A stretch of DNA of 64,000 nt from Candidatus Uhrbacteria bacterium (GTDB lineage Bacteria > Patescibacteriota > Patescibacteriia > UBA9934 > GWF2-40-263), in the NCBI GenBank assembly GCA_903843045.1, contig CAIMOJ010000046.1:650-64649 (forward strand), given 5' to 3'. This document shows positions 27,584-36,560 of this stretch, piece after piece (position 1 is the stretch's first letter; every line of letters starts with the position of its first letter). The notes under the pieces were generated by a model that saw only the letters and a program-made list of their open reading frames with translations, had not been told where the DNA came from and made no database searches. A program made the translations under genes and the position numbers.

Positions 27584-29027
27584 AGGCGGTCTTTCGACGG
27601 ATAAGCCGCATGATGGCGGCAAAATGATGCTTTTGGACAGACCGGGACAACACGAGCATGACGGCATAGACGAATGCCGCGAACGGAAGAGCGAGGTAGA
27701 ATCCCGTCTCGGGACGAACGAGGCGCGTGGCGAATCCCATGGCGGCGGCGGAACAAATGATCGGAACGGTCGTCCTCATCAGTCGCGCGAACCCGTATTC
27801 CGGGATCACCCGGGGAACGAACCAGAAGCCGGCGACGAACAGGAAGGTGAAGCTGATCACGCCGGAATAGGCGGCTCCGAGGATTCCGAACGTCGGAATC
27901 AGGAAAAAGTTGCATATCACGTTGATGACCATCGTCACGCCCATCACCGCGGTCTTCGTTGCCTGCCGATTCGCGGCATTCAGGAGCGAGCCGACGGGAA
28001 AGTCGAGGAAGATGGGAATGAGGACGAAGATGAGGACCGCGAGTACCGGCGCGGCGTTCGCATACCCGTCCCCGGCAAGCGCGATCGCGTCCCCGGCAAC
28101 GGCCCAGAGACCGAACGCGATCGGGGCCGCGAGAATCGTCACGTACCAGACGGCCTCGTCGAACAGTCGCGTCAGGCCTTCCGTGTCCTTCTTCCCCACC
28201 ATCGCGCTCATTCCCGGATACAGCGCGGCGACGAATGCCATCGGGAGGAACTGGAACGCGTACGTGAACTTATAGGCCACGGCATAGACGCCGACCGCTG
28301 CGGTTCCGACGACCTTGGAGATGATGAGCGAATCGACGTACGAGTAAACCTTCACGAACATCCCGGCGAGGGCAAACGGGAGCGCGGCGAGCAATAACGA
28401 TCGAATCGCCTCTTTGTCGAATCTTGGTCGAAGAACGTTCCAGCCATAGATCGCAACGACATGGCGCGCGGAATAGAAGGCGTTGAACGTCGAGCCGACA
28501 AGGAGCGCGAGGACGAGTAGATGAAGCGACGGGTGCGTCAGAAGGACGATCCCGCCGAACAGGAGCGTGCACGTCTGTCCCACGAAGATCCCGAGCGACT
28601 CGAACCGCAGCGTGTGGTGTCCGCGCAGGACGCCGTAGAACAATAGGCTCATCGCGTCAGCAAGCATGACAAGCGACGCCACGAGGACGAGCTCGCGAAC
28701 GGTCGCATCGTATCCCAGCGCCCATGACATCGCCACCGCCCCGACCGTCGCCAGTACCATGAACGGAATCTTCAGCCAGACGGCCCGTCGGATCAGGTCC
28801 GCGGCGCGCTCCGGAACCTTCGCGACGTCGCGAATCACCACCGGCGTCACGCCAAGGTCGGTGATCGTCGAAAAGATCGTCGTAATCGAAAGCGCGAGGA
28901 AGTAATCCCCCGTCGCCTCGGGCCGCATCACGCGCGCGAGCAACAGGAAATAGAAGAACGCGAGGATCTTCTGCGCGATGGACGCGGCGGTGAGATAGAG
29001 GGTATTTTTTGCGACGGGCGAGGACAT
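27555..29027 (-). CDS. Wzx-type (MOP superfamily) polysaccharide flippase
   Basis: 490 aa, ~14 TM helices; N-terminal pattern typical of polysaccharide biosynthesis protein family. Confidence 0.65.
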   Translation of the reverse strand: MSSPVAKNTLYLTAASIAQKILAFFYFLLLARVMRPEATGDYFLALSITTIFSTITDLGVTPVVIRDVAKVPERAADLIRRAVWLKIPFMVLATVGAVAMSWALGYDATVRELVLVASLVMLADAMSLLFYGVLRGHHTLRFESLGIFVGQTCTLLFGGIVLLTHPSLHLLVLALLVGSTFNAFYSARHVVAIYGWNVLRPRFDKEAIRSLLLAALPFALAGMFVKVYSYVDSLIISKVVGTAAVGVYAVAYKFTYAFQFLPMAFVAALYPGMSAMVGKKDTEGLTRLFDEAVWYVTILAAPIAFGLWAVAGDAIALAGDGYANAAPVLAVLIFVLIPIFLDFPVGSLLNAANRQATKTAVMGVTMVINVICNFFLIPTFGILGAAYSGVISFTFLFVAGFWFVPRVIPEYGFARLMRTTVPIICSAAAMGFATRLVRPETGFYLALPFAAFVYAVMLVLSRSVQKHHFAAIMRLIRRKTAYAEDTAIHD

Positions 29028-29030
29028 AGG

Positions 29031-30776
29031 CTAGGACTTGAAGACCGGCTCGGTACGCTCGGGCTTGCCGTGGATCAGAAAGCGAAAGACGATCTTGTGG
29101 ATCGGGTCGAGGTGAGGAAACGTGGCTTCGACCTTGAGATAAACGAAAGCCCTACCCGTTGAATATTCCCCATCCTGGCGCGAAACGGCGGTATTCTCCG
29201 CCCCGCGGGCAAGGAGAGGCCTCACGATCGCGTCTCCGACGCCGTCGTTGAGCGCGTCGCTGAACGCAGGATCTTTCCCCGAGTGCGCACGTTGGACGAA
29301 CGTCGATCGCTCGGACGTCGAAAGCCTCGTAAGCTTCGTTAGAATTTCTTGTGACAATTCCCTTGCGGCGATCTCGATCTTCCGCGTCGTAACCTCGTGC
29401 GTCTTGTTCGGATCCACGAAACGATAGTTGCCCGACGGGACGACGACGCCGCTCGTCTTCATGGATTCCAAGTCTCGTGCGACGACGGCACGCTTGACCC
29501 GAAGATCGGCAAGGATCGCCTCGACCGCGCCGGGAGCGGAGAGATAGACGGCGTCGATCGCCTGGCGCCTAACGCGCTCGTAGGCAAGAACGGCCTGGTC
29601 TAGGCGCAGACGATACGTCGCGAATTCCGGAGAGGTCGCGTCCTTCTGCGAGATCATGTCGGTCGGAGGCGCAATCTCGTCGATACGGTGTAACGTTTCC
29701 TGATAGTAGCCTGCGATGACTGGCATCCAATCGGGAATTTTGACAAACGGAATGTCGATCAGCTGAATTGCCATTGCCCTGCGGCTCGCCGGGTCGGAAA
29801 AGACCGCGTCCTTGCTCATGCTGGTCGTGATATTCGAAAGGATCCCATGAAGCAGCTCGACTTCCTTCGGAGACAAGTTCTCAAACAGGTTCCTGTACGT
29901 CTCTTCCTTCAGATTCGTATCAATCTCCGCGCCCGTCGATCCGTCTCTCAGATACGCGATCACCTCGTCCTTTATGAAGCGAGCGGCAGTCTCAATGTCC
30001 GTCTTTGCCTCGTGCCTTCTTGGATTCTCGCTTTCCGCGAAGACCTTCATCAGACGATGGTTAAGGAAATGCTGGCGCTCGTGCGTCACGATCACGTCAA
30101 ACCCGTATGCGTCCGGAACCGTCTTGAGAACGATGAAGCTGCTGCTGATATCTCCAAGGTCCCAATGGGACGTCCCATGCTTTCGATCCAGGGTAATCGA
30201 CGTGTGCATGGATCCGCCATGGCGGTTTAAAATTTCGACCTGCTTGGTAAAGTCATCCGCCTTGCGATCCTCCAGGGCCGGGTCATAAAAGACATTGTAG
30301 TCCGCAGGGTTCGGGCAGGTCATGATGAAGTATCCCTCGCGGCGAACCAGAGACACCTGGCCAACGGGATGCTTCCCCGTCCGGGCGGTGAACAGCATCG
30401 CGGCGACGGTTTCCGGCGAGTTATCGCCGAATTTTTCTGATGCCTTTTTTTTCAAAAAATTCTCCTCATGGATCGCTGCCTTTAAAAGCGTCCCGTACTC
30501 GTTGACCGCCTCGCGGGCAGCATGTCGAATGGAAAATTTGGTGGCGGAAGAATCCGGCGGAAGCCGCGCGATGAGCCGGTTGACCATCGCCGAATCAACG
30601 CCCGAGTCGGACGCCGAAAGAACGCGGTCCAATTCCAAAAGCGTCGCGACCGTCGACTGGCGACGGTCCATTGCGGCATGCTCCAGGGACTCGCGTCGCT
30701 CGCTCTGCGAAACCGTGTCCGGAACAAGGCGTCCTCCTTCGGGCGGAAATGATCTCTCTGCCATAGTTGCATCCAT
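29031..30776 (-). CDS. Large hypothetical protein with an HExxH zincin-like motif
   Basis: VIVTHERQHFLNH...E motif; no signal peptide; start uncertain (ORF extends to 30803 into the r-protein operon terminator). Confidence 0.4.
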   Translation of the reverse strand: MDATMAERSFPPEGGRLVPDTVSQSERRESLEHAAMDRRQSTVATLLELDRVLSASDSGVDSAMVNRLIARLPPDSSATKFSIRHAAREAVNEYGTLLKAAIHEENFLKKKASEKFGDNSPETVAAMLFTARTGKHPVGQVSLVRREGYFIMTCPNPADYNVFYDPALEDRKADDFTKQVEILNRHGGSMHTSITLDRKHGTSHWDLGDISSSFIVLKTVPDAYGFDVIVTHERQHFLNHRLMKVFAESENPRRHEAKTDIETAARFIKDEVIAYLRDGSTGAEIDTNLKEETYRNLFENLSPKEVELLHGILSNITTSMSKDAVFSDPASRRAMAIQLIDIPFVKIPDWMPVIAGYYQETLHRIDEIAPPTDMISQKDATSPEFATYRLRLDQAVLAYERVRRQAIDAVYLSAPGAVEAILADLRVKRAVVARDLESMKTSGVVVPSGNYRFVDPNKTHEVTTRKIEIAARELSQEILTKLTRLSTSERSTFVQRAHSGKDPAFSDALNDGVGDAIVRPLLARGAENTAVSRQDGEYSTGRAFVYLKVEATFPHLDPIHKIVFRFLIHGKPERTEPVFKS

Positions 30777-30800
30777 TTTACCCTCTTTCTTCCCTTCCCA

Positions 30801-30838
30801 CAAACCAAAAACCGGTCCGACACATCGTCGGACCGGTT
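30801..30838 (-). terminator. Intrinsic terminator of the ribosomal protein/rpoA operon
   Basis: Minus strand aaccggtccgacgatgtgtcggaccggtt followed by tttggttt. Confidence 0.55.
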
Positions 30839-30849
30839 CGATATTCTTT

Positions 30850-31254
30850 CTAACGCTTCGCCCACTGCGGAGAGCGGCGCGCTCCGGTGTGGCCGTACTT
30901 CTTGCGCTCGCGCACGCGCGCGTCGCGGGAGAGGTAGCCGAGCTTTTTGAGCGTCGGGCGGAAGTCGATGCTGATGGTGATCAGCGCGCGGGCGATGCCG
31001 AGGCGGACCGCGTCGGCCTGGCCATGCACGCCGCCACCGGCGACGACGACGGAGACGTCGAACTTATTCTCCGTTCCGGTCGCGACGAACGGGGCGTTGA
31101 CCGCCTGCTGCAGCGTGAAGAGCGGGAAGTATTCCGCCATCTCGCGGCCGTTGACCGTGATCTTGCCCGAACCTTCCGGCGAGAGACGAACCTGGGCGGT
31201 GGCCTCCTTGCGGCGGCCGAGTCCCGGGATGTATTTTGCAGTCGTTTCGCTCAT
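30850..31254 (-). CDS. rpsI: 30S ribosomal protein S9
   Basis: Conserved S9 sequence ending ...RRSPQWAKR. Confidence 0.9.
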   Translation of the reverse strand: MSETTAKYIPGLGRRKEATAQVRLSPEGSGKITVNGREMAEYFPLFTLQQAVNAPFVATGTENKFDVSVVVAGGGVHGQADAVRLGIARALITISIDFRPTLKKLGYLSRDARVRERKKYGHTGARRSPQWAKR

Positions 31255-31255
31255 A

Positions 31256-31615
31256 TTAGTTCGAGATAGTCAGACGGCGCATGCGGGGCGTGCGGTGCGT
31301 GTTCTTCGGGAGCATTCGGTCCACGGCGCGTCGGAGAACGTCGGCCGGATCCTTGGCCCAGACGGTCTTCATGAGCGTGGCCGAGAGTCCGCGCGGCCCG
31401 CCCGTGTGCGAGTAGTACGTCTTCTGTTCCATCTTGTTTCCGGAAACCTTCATCTTGGAGGCGTTCTTCACCTCGACCGCGTCGCCGTCGTCGACGTTCG
31501 GCGTCCAGCTGGCCTTGGTCTTTCCAATGAGGGTCATGGCGATCTGGGTCGCGAGGCGTCCCGGGGCCATTCCTGCGGCGTCAAACGTTTGAATTGTGCG
31601 TGTGCTCTTCGTCAT
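31256..31615 (-). CDS. rplM: 50S ribosomal protein L13
   Basis: L13 family sequence; likely start MTKSTRTIQ (ORF track start 31633 overlaps rplQ). Confidence 0.85.
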   Translation of the reverse strand: MTKSTRTIQTFDAAGMAPGRLATQIAMTLIGKTKASWTPNVDDGDAVEVKNASKMKVSGNKMEQKTYYSHTGGPRGLSATLMKTVWAKDPADVLRRAVDRMLPKNTHRTPRMRRLTISN

Positions 31616-31619
31616 AGGA

Positions 31620-31970
31620 TTAGACAAGCTCAATCTGAACCACGTCCGCGGCGTCGCTCACGCGGTGTCCGAGCTTGACGATACGGGTGTAGCCGCCCAT
31701 GCGCGTTGCATAGCGGGGACTAAGCACCTCCAAGATCTTCTTCACCGGATGTTCGGTGTAGAAGAACTTCATGAGGTTGCGGCGCGTGGCGAGCGACGGG
31801 ACCTTTCCCGACGTAATCGCGCGCTCCACGAGCGGACGGACCGCCTTGGCCTTGGCCTCCGTGGTCTGTATCTTTTCGTACAGGATCACGCTTGCCGCAA
31901 GGTTGCGAAGCAAGGCTTCGCGCGGAGCTTTTTCACGACCGAGTTTTACGCTCTTTTTCCGATGACGCAT
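31620..31970 (-). CDS. rplQ: 50S ribosomal protein L17
   Basis: MRHRKKSVKLGR... L17 signature. Confidence 0.9.
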   Translation of the reverse strand: MRHRKKSVKLGREKAPREALLRNLAASVILYEKIQTTEAKAKAVRPLVERAITSGKVPSLATRRNLMKFFYTEHPVKKILEVLSPRYATRMGGYTRIVKLGHRVSDAADVVQIELV

Positions 31971-31978
31971 ACAAGTGT

Positions 31979-32692
31979 TTAAGCCGCGCTTTCCTCCGAA
32001 GCGATCGGATTTTGCAACAGAATGGAGAAATAATCGATGAGAATCTTGGCGGACTCCTTCACGGCGTCCTCGGGGGTGATCGTACCGTCGGTCTCGATGT
32101 TCATGACGAGCTTGTCGTAGTTGGTGATCTCGCCGACGCGCGTGTTCTCCACGCGGTAGCCGACGTTTCGCACCGGCGAGTAGAGCGCGTCGATGGCGAT
32201 CGTTCCGATGTCGTTGATCTCTCCCGTTCGTTCCTCCGTCGGGATGTATCCGCGACCACGGCCGACCGTGAGCTCAAGCTCGAACGTTCCTCCATCGTCG
32301 GTGATCGTGGCGATCTTCATGTCCGGGTTGACGATCTCGACGTCGGCGTTCGCGTCGATATCGCCGGCCGTCACGACGCGGGAGCCCTTGACCTTCAGGC
32401 TGAGCTTGACCGGCTCCTCGCTGAAGCACTTCAGGCGGAGGCCCTTGAGGTTCAGGATGATCTCCAGCATGTCTTCCTTGACATTCGGGATCGCCTGGAA
32501 CTCATGGGTGCCGCCCTTGATCTTCACCGCCGTCACGGCCGATCCCGGCAGCGACGACAGCATCACGCGGCGGAGCGCGTTTCCGAGGGTTGTTCCGTAA
32601 CCGTGAAAGCACGGCTCAACGACCAAGACGCCCTCGTTGGAACGAGCGCCTGGTTCAAATTTGATCGTTGATGGGAGAAGGATGTTCTCCAT
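31979..32692 (-). CDS. rpoA: DNA-directed RNA polymerase alpha subunit, N-terminal domain only (no alpha-CTD)
   Basis: 237 aa; alpha-NTD dimerisation/assembly domain present; sequence stops where the linker and CTD would begin. Confidence 0.85.
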   Translation of the reverse strand: MENILLPSTIKFEPGARSNEGVLVVEPCFHGYGTTLGNALRRVMLSSLPGSAVTAVKIKGGTHEFQAIPNVKEDMLEIILNLKGLRLKCFSEEPVKLSLKVKGSRVVTAGDIDANADVEIVNPDMKIATITDDGGTFELELTVGRGRGYIPTEERTGEINDIGTIAIDALYSPVRNVGYRVENTRVGEITNYDKLVMNIETDGTITPEDAVKESAKILIDYFSILLQNPIASEESAA

Positions 32693-32706
32693 AGGCTCGC
32701 AAAAAA

Positions 32707-33327
32707 TTAGCGAGAATAAAATTCAACGATGAGGGTCGGGTCGAAAATGGTCTTCAGGTCCTCTCCGGCCGGGAGCGATGTGACCTTTCCAATCAGTGTC
32801 GCGGAATCAACCGTCAGCCAGCGAGGGGCTTCTTTCTTCTGGACGCGCTCGTTCATTCCCACAAGCAAGCCCTTTGCCTTCTTGTTCTCCTTGAAGGTGA
32901 TGACCTCTCCGACGTTCACGGAGTAGGACGGGATGTCCACGAGCTTGCCATTGATCATGATGAATCCGTGTCCGACCATCTGGCGGGCCTGGCGACGGGT
33001 CTTCCCGAAGCCGAGGCGGTAGATGACGTTGTCGAGACGGCGCTCCAGGGTCTGGATCAGGTTGTCAGCCGTGTTTCCCTCCTTGGCCGTGGCGGCCTCG
33101 AAGTACTTGCGGAACTGGCGCTCCATGATGTTGTACAGACGCTTGGCCTTCTGCTTCTCGCGAAGCTGAATGCCATACGAGGAGAGGCGCGGCTTTTTCA
33201 TCGCCTGTGCCGGACCGTGGACGCCCGGGGGGAAATTGCGGCGCGTGAGCGCGCACTTTTCCTTGCCACAAAGCGAAACGCCCTCGCGTCGGCACATCTT
33301 GCAGGTTGTCATCAATGTCTTTCCCAT
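32707..33327 (-). CDS. rpsD: 30S ribosomal protein S4 (zinc-ribbon type)
   Basis: N-terminal CKMCRREGVSLCGKEKC zinc ribbon, S4 RNA-binding domain. Confidence 0.9.
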   Translation of the reverse strand: MGKTLMTTCKMCRREGVSLCGKEKCALTRRNFPPGVHGPAQAMKKPRLSSYGIQLREKQKAKRLYNIMERQFRKYFEAATAKEGNTADNLIQTLERRLDNVIYRLGFGKTRRQARQMVGHGFIMINGKLVDIPSYSVNVGEVITFKENKKAKGLLVGMNERVQKKEAPRWLTVDSATLIGKVTSLPAGEDLKTIFDPTLIVEFYSR

Positions 33328-33335
33328 AGCAGAGA

Positions 33336-33737
33336 TTAGACGCGACGCGCTTTGCGCGCTCGGCATCCGTTGTGTGGAAGCGGGGTAAGGTCCTTAATGC
33401 TGGTAATGCTGAATCCGTTGGCGTTCAGCGCGCGGACGGCCGAGTCGCGGCCGGAGCCGACGCCCGTGACGAACACCGCGACGTCGCGAAGCCCGCTCTC
33501 CTTCACCTTGTCCGCGATGGTCTTGATGATCATGCTCGCGGCGTACGGAGTGGCCTTCTTCGGACCGCGGAACCCACAGGCTCCGGCGCTCGACCAGGCG
33601 AGCGTGTTGCCGTTCAGGTCGGTCACGGTGACGATGGTGTTGTTGTAGGTCGCCTGGATGAACGCGCATCCCGTGGAAACCTGACGCATCACCTTGGCCT
33701 TTGCTTTTTTGTTGGTGGAAACTTTTACGGTTGCCAT
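33336..33737 (-). CDS. rpsK: 30S ribosomal protein S11
   Basis: S11 family sequence. Confidence 0.9.
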   Translation of the reverse strand: MATVKVSTNKKAKAKVMRQVSTGCAFIQATYNNTIVTVTDLNGNTLAWSSAGACGFRGPKKATPYAASMIIKTIADKVKESGLRDVAVFVTGVGSGRDSAVRALNANGFSITSIKDLTPLPHNGCRARKARRV

Positions 33738-33743
33738 AGGGGA

Positions 33744-34130
33744 TTATGTCTTGGTGAGTGCGCGACGTCCGGATCCCATCGTCTTGCGCACGTTTCCGCG
33801 CACGGTGCGGGAGTTGGTCTTGGTGCGCTGGCCGCGAACCGGCAGCTTGCGCATGTGGCGCGTGCCGCGGTAGCTGCCCGTGTCCTTCAGGCGCTTGATG
33901 TTGGACATGATGTCGCGGCGAAGGTCGCCCTCGAGGCGATGGCTCTTTTCGAGCGCCTCGCGGATGAGGGTCACCTGCTCCTCGGTCATGTCCTTCACGC
34001 GAAGGGACTCGTCGAGCCCGACCTGCTTCAGGATGGCAGCCGAGGTGGTATCGCCGACGCCGAACACGTAGGTGAGGGCGATGACGATGCGTTTGTTGTT
34101 GGGGAGTGTAACTCCAGCAATGCGAGCCAT
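33744..34130 (-). CDS. rpsM: 30S ribosomal protein S13
   Basis: [26 protein letters not shown]... S13 signature. Confidence 0.9.
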   Translation of the reverse strand: MARIAGVTLPNNKRIVIALTYVFGVGDTTSAAILKQVGLDESLRVKDMTEEQVTLIREALEKSHRLEGDLRRDIMSNIKRLKDTGSYRGTRHMRKLPVRGQRTKTNSRTVRGNVRKTMGSGRRALTKT

Positions 34131-34133
34131 ATA

Positions 34134-34247
34134 TTATCCCTGGCGCTGCTTATGGCGCGGGTTCTTACAAATAACACGGACCCGACCTTCACGGCGGATC
34201 ACCTTACAATCGCGGCAGATGGCTTTTGCGGAGGCGCGAACTTTCAT
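34134..34247 (-). CDS. rpmJ: 50S ribosomal protein L36 (not in ORF track; 37 aa)
   Basis: Minus-strand translation [37 protein letters not shown], zinc-ribbon L36, between infA and rpsM. Confidence 0.8.
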   Translation of the reverse strand: MKVRASAKAICRDCKVIRREGRVRVICKNPRHKQRQG

Positions 34248-34250
34248 AGA

Positions 34251-34475
34251 CTAGAAGCGATAAACTATTCTTCCTTTCGTAAGGTCGTAAGGACTCATTT
34301 CAATCTTCACGTCGTCTCCCGGCAGAATGCGAATGCGGTTCATACGCATCTTTCCGGACAGATGTCCCGTGATGTACTGTCCATTCTCCAGCTTGATTTT
34401 AAATTGGGCTCCAGGAAAAAGTTCTTCAACCTTTCCCCGCATCTCAATAAAATCTTTTGCCCCTTGTTCGCTCAT
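34251..34475 (-). CDS. infA: Translation initiation factor IF-1
   Basis: 74 aa S1-like OB fold ([44 protein letters not shown]...); the ORF-track 5' extension is spurious. Confidence 0.85.
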   Translation of the reverse strand: MSEQGAKDFIEMRGKVEELFPGAQFKIKLENGQYITGHLSGKMRMNRIRILPGDDVKIEMSPYDLTKGRIVYRF

Positions 34476-34541
34476 AATCGTCAAGATTCTATCAGTTGAG
34501 CGAAAAAATGCAAGAGGGTGTGGATAGCTGAACGCGCCGGT

Positions 34542-34570
34542 ATTGTACGTTTTTGTGGCATAGGTGTCAA
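34542..34570 (-). promoter_or_regulatory. Consensus sigma-70 promoter (TTGACA-17-TACAAT) for the infA-rpmJ-rpsM...rpsI operon
   Basis: Minus strand ttgacacctatgccacaaaaacgtacaat; -35 overlaps the alaS stop codon. Confidence 0.6.
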
Positions 34571-36513
34571 GGGTTTGACAATTGGTCGTCCAAGGTTGCC
34601 TTAATTCGTCGGATTCCCGCGGCCACTGCTTCCTCCTTCGCGATACGGAAAGTGCCGAGTTCCTTGGTGTTTTCCACATGGGGTCCGCCGCAGACCTCCC
34701 GCGAATAGTAGTCCCCCGTCGCCTCGTTTCCGATAAAGTACACCTTGATCTTTCCGCCGAGCGACGCGTACTTATCCTCAAACACGCCTATTGCCCCGCG
34801 CCTCTTTGCCTCGTCGAGTTCCAGGATCTCGAAGTGAACCGGAAGGGCGCGTCGGACGTTCTCGTTCACGATGTCCTCGACCCGTTGAATCTGCTCGGGC
34901 GTCAGTTTATCGGGATGGGAGAAGTCAAACCGGGCCCGCTCGGCCGTGATGTTCGAACCTCGCTGAAACACATGGTCGCCAAGGACGGTCCGAAGCGCCT
35001 GGTGCAGCATGTGCGTCGCCGTGTGCAGCCGAACGACCGCGGCCGAGTGGTCGGCCAGCCCGCCCGTGAACTTCTGCTCGGACCCGGCGCGCGACAGGTC
35101 CTGATGCTTCTTGAACTCCCCCTGAAACGCGTCGCGGTCCACGACCTGTCCCTTTTCCCGCGCCAGCTCCTCGGTGAGCTCCCACGGGAACCCGTACGAC
35201 TGGTACAGGTTGAACGCGTCGATTCCCGACACGACGGACGATTTCGCGAAGATTTTCTCGAACTCCTTCAGCCCCTTCTCAAGCGACGCCTTGAACTTCG
35301 CCTCCTCCTTCACGATCTCGCCGACGACGAATTCCATCTTCGCCCCAAGCTCCGGGTACGCGTCGCGATACGTCTCGACGTACGCGGAAACGACCGATCC
35401 GCAAAACGCGTCGTTCGCCCCGAGCTTGTGCGCGAACCGAATGGCGCGGCGGACAAGACGCCGCACGAAGTATCCCTGGTCCTTGTTGGACGGAACCACG
35501 CCGTCCGCGATCAGGAACGTCGCGGCGCGCAGATGGTCAAGCGCGACGCGAAAGGCATAGGTCTCGGCCGCGTTTGCCCCGTACGTCTTCCCCGTCACCT
35601 TCTCGATGAGGGCGCGCGCGCCGTCGAACAAGCTGATCTTGAAAATGTCCGGATCGTCGTTCACCGCCATCGCCAGCCGTTCCAATCCCCCGCCAAAGTC
35701 GACGTTTCGCTTCGACAACCTGTGAAATCCGTCATTTCGTTTAATAACTAGGTTCCCCGTGTTCTCCTTCAACGTAGAATCCGTCTTGATATACTGCATG
35801 AACACGTTGTTCCCAATCTCGACGAACCGCCCGCAGTCGCAATTCACGTGGCACGGCAACGACACGAACGCCGACGCCTCGTGCAATCCGCGCTCAACCC
35901 CAAAGTCCCAAAACATCTCCGTGTCCGGCCCGCCCGGCTCGCCCACCGGCATCTTGTCCGGCGTTCCCGAGCGCGACCACCAGTTTTTCTTCTCCGGGTA
36001 ATAGAAGATGCGCCCGCCGTTCATCCCATAGGAGTCCGAGTGGTCGATCGCCTTCGCGTCGACGCCAACGGACGAAAACGCCTCCTGCCAATATCCGACC
36101 GTCTCGTCGTCCTTCGGGATCCCGATCGCGTCGTTTCCGCGGAAGACGGTCACGTACAGCCGAGACGGATCGATCTTCAGCTCTTTCGTCAGGAATTCGA
36201 ACATCCACCCGACCTGCTCCTTTTTGAAATAGTCCCCGAGCGACCAGTTCCCGAGCATCTCAAAGAACGTCGTGTGGCGGTTATCGCCCACCTCCTCGAT
36301 GTCGCCGGATCGGAAACACTTCTGCGAATCGGCGATGCGCGTTCCTTCCGGATGCGTCTCCCCCAGCAGATACGGGACCATCGGCTGCATGCCGGATCCG
36401 GTAAACAGGGTGGTCGGGTCGTTCTCCGGAAGCAACGACGCGGACGAGACCACCTTGTGGCCGCGCGCGGCGAAATAGTCGAGATAGGCCTTGCGAATGT
36501 CGGATGCGTTCAT
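34567..36513 (-). CDS. alaS: Alanyl-tRNA synthetase, short form (catalytic + tRNA-recognition + editing domains, no C-Ala/DHHA1-like tail)
   Basis: Class II AlaRS catalytic core, editing-domain HxxxH ([11 protein letters not shown]) and downstream CxxxH-type site; 648 aa vs ~870 typical. Confidence 0.9.
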   Translation of the reverse strand: MNASDIRKAYLDYFAARGHKVVSSASLLPENDPTTLFTGSGMQPMVPYLLGETHPEGTRIADSQKCFRSGDIEEVGDNRHTTFFEMLGNWSLGDYFKKEQVGWMFEFLTKELKIDPSRLYVTVFRGNDAIGIPKDDETVGYWQEAFSSVGVDAKAIDHSDSYGMNGGRIFYYPEKKNWWSRSGTPDKMPVGEPGGPDTEMFWDFGVERGLHEASAFVSLPCHVNCDCGRFVEIGNNVFMQYIKTDSTLKENTGNLVIKRNDGFHRLSKRNVDFGGGLERLAMAVNDDPDIFKISLFDGARALIEKVTGKTYGANAAETYAFRVALDHLRAATFLIADGVVPSNKDQGYFVRRLVRRAIRFAHKLGANDAFCGSVVSAYVETYRDAYPELGAKMEFVVGEIVKEEAKFKASLEKGLKEFEKIFAKSSVVSGIDAFNLYQSYGFPWELTEELAREKGQVVDRDAFQGEFKKHQDLSRAGSEQKFTGGLADHSAAVVRLHTATHMLHQALRTVLGDHVFQRGSNITAERARFDFSHPDKLTPEQIQRVEDIVNENVRRALPVHFEILELDEAKRRGAIGVFEDKYASLGGKIKVYFIGNEATGDYYSREVCGGPHVENTKELGTFRIAKEEAVAAGIRRIKATLDDQLSNP

Positions 36514-36560
36514 AGTGCGCGTATTCTGCCCGTTTCTAAGTGAATCGACAAGGTCGGCCG

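Noticed and set aside
34476-34781. Upstream extension of the infA ORF to 34781
   Set aside because: IF-1 is ~72 aa. The extension covers the promoter region and has no homologue.
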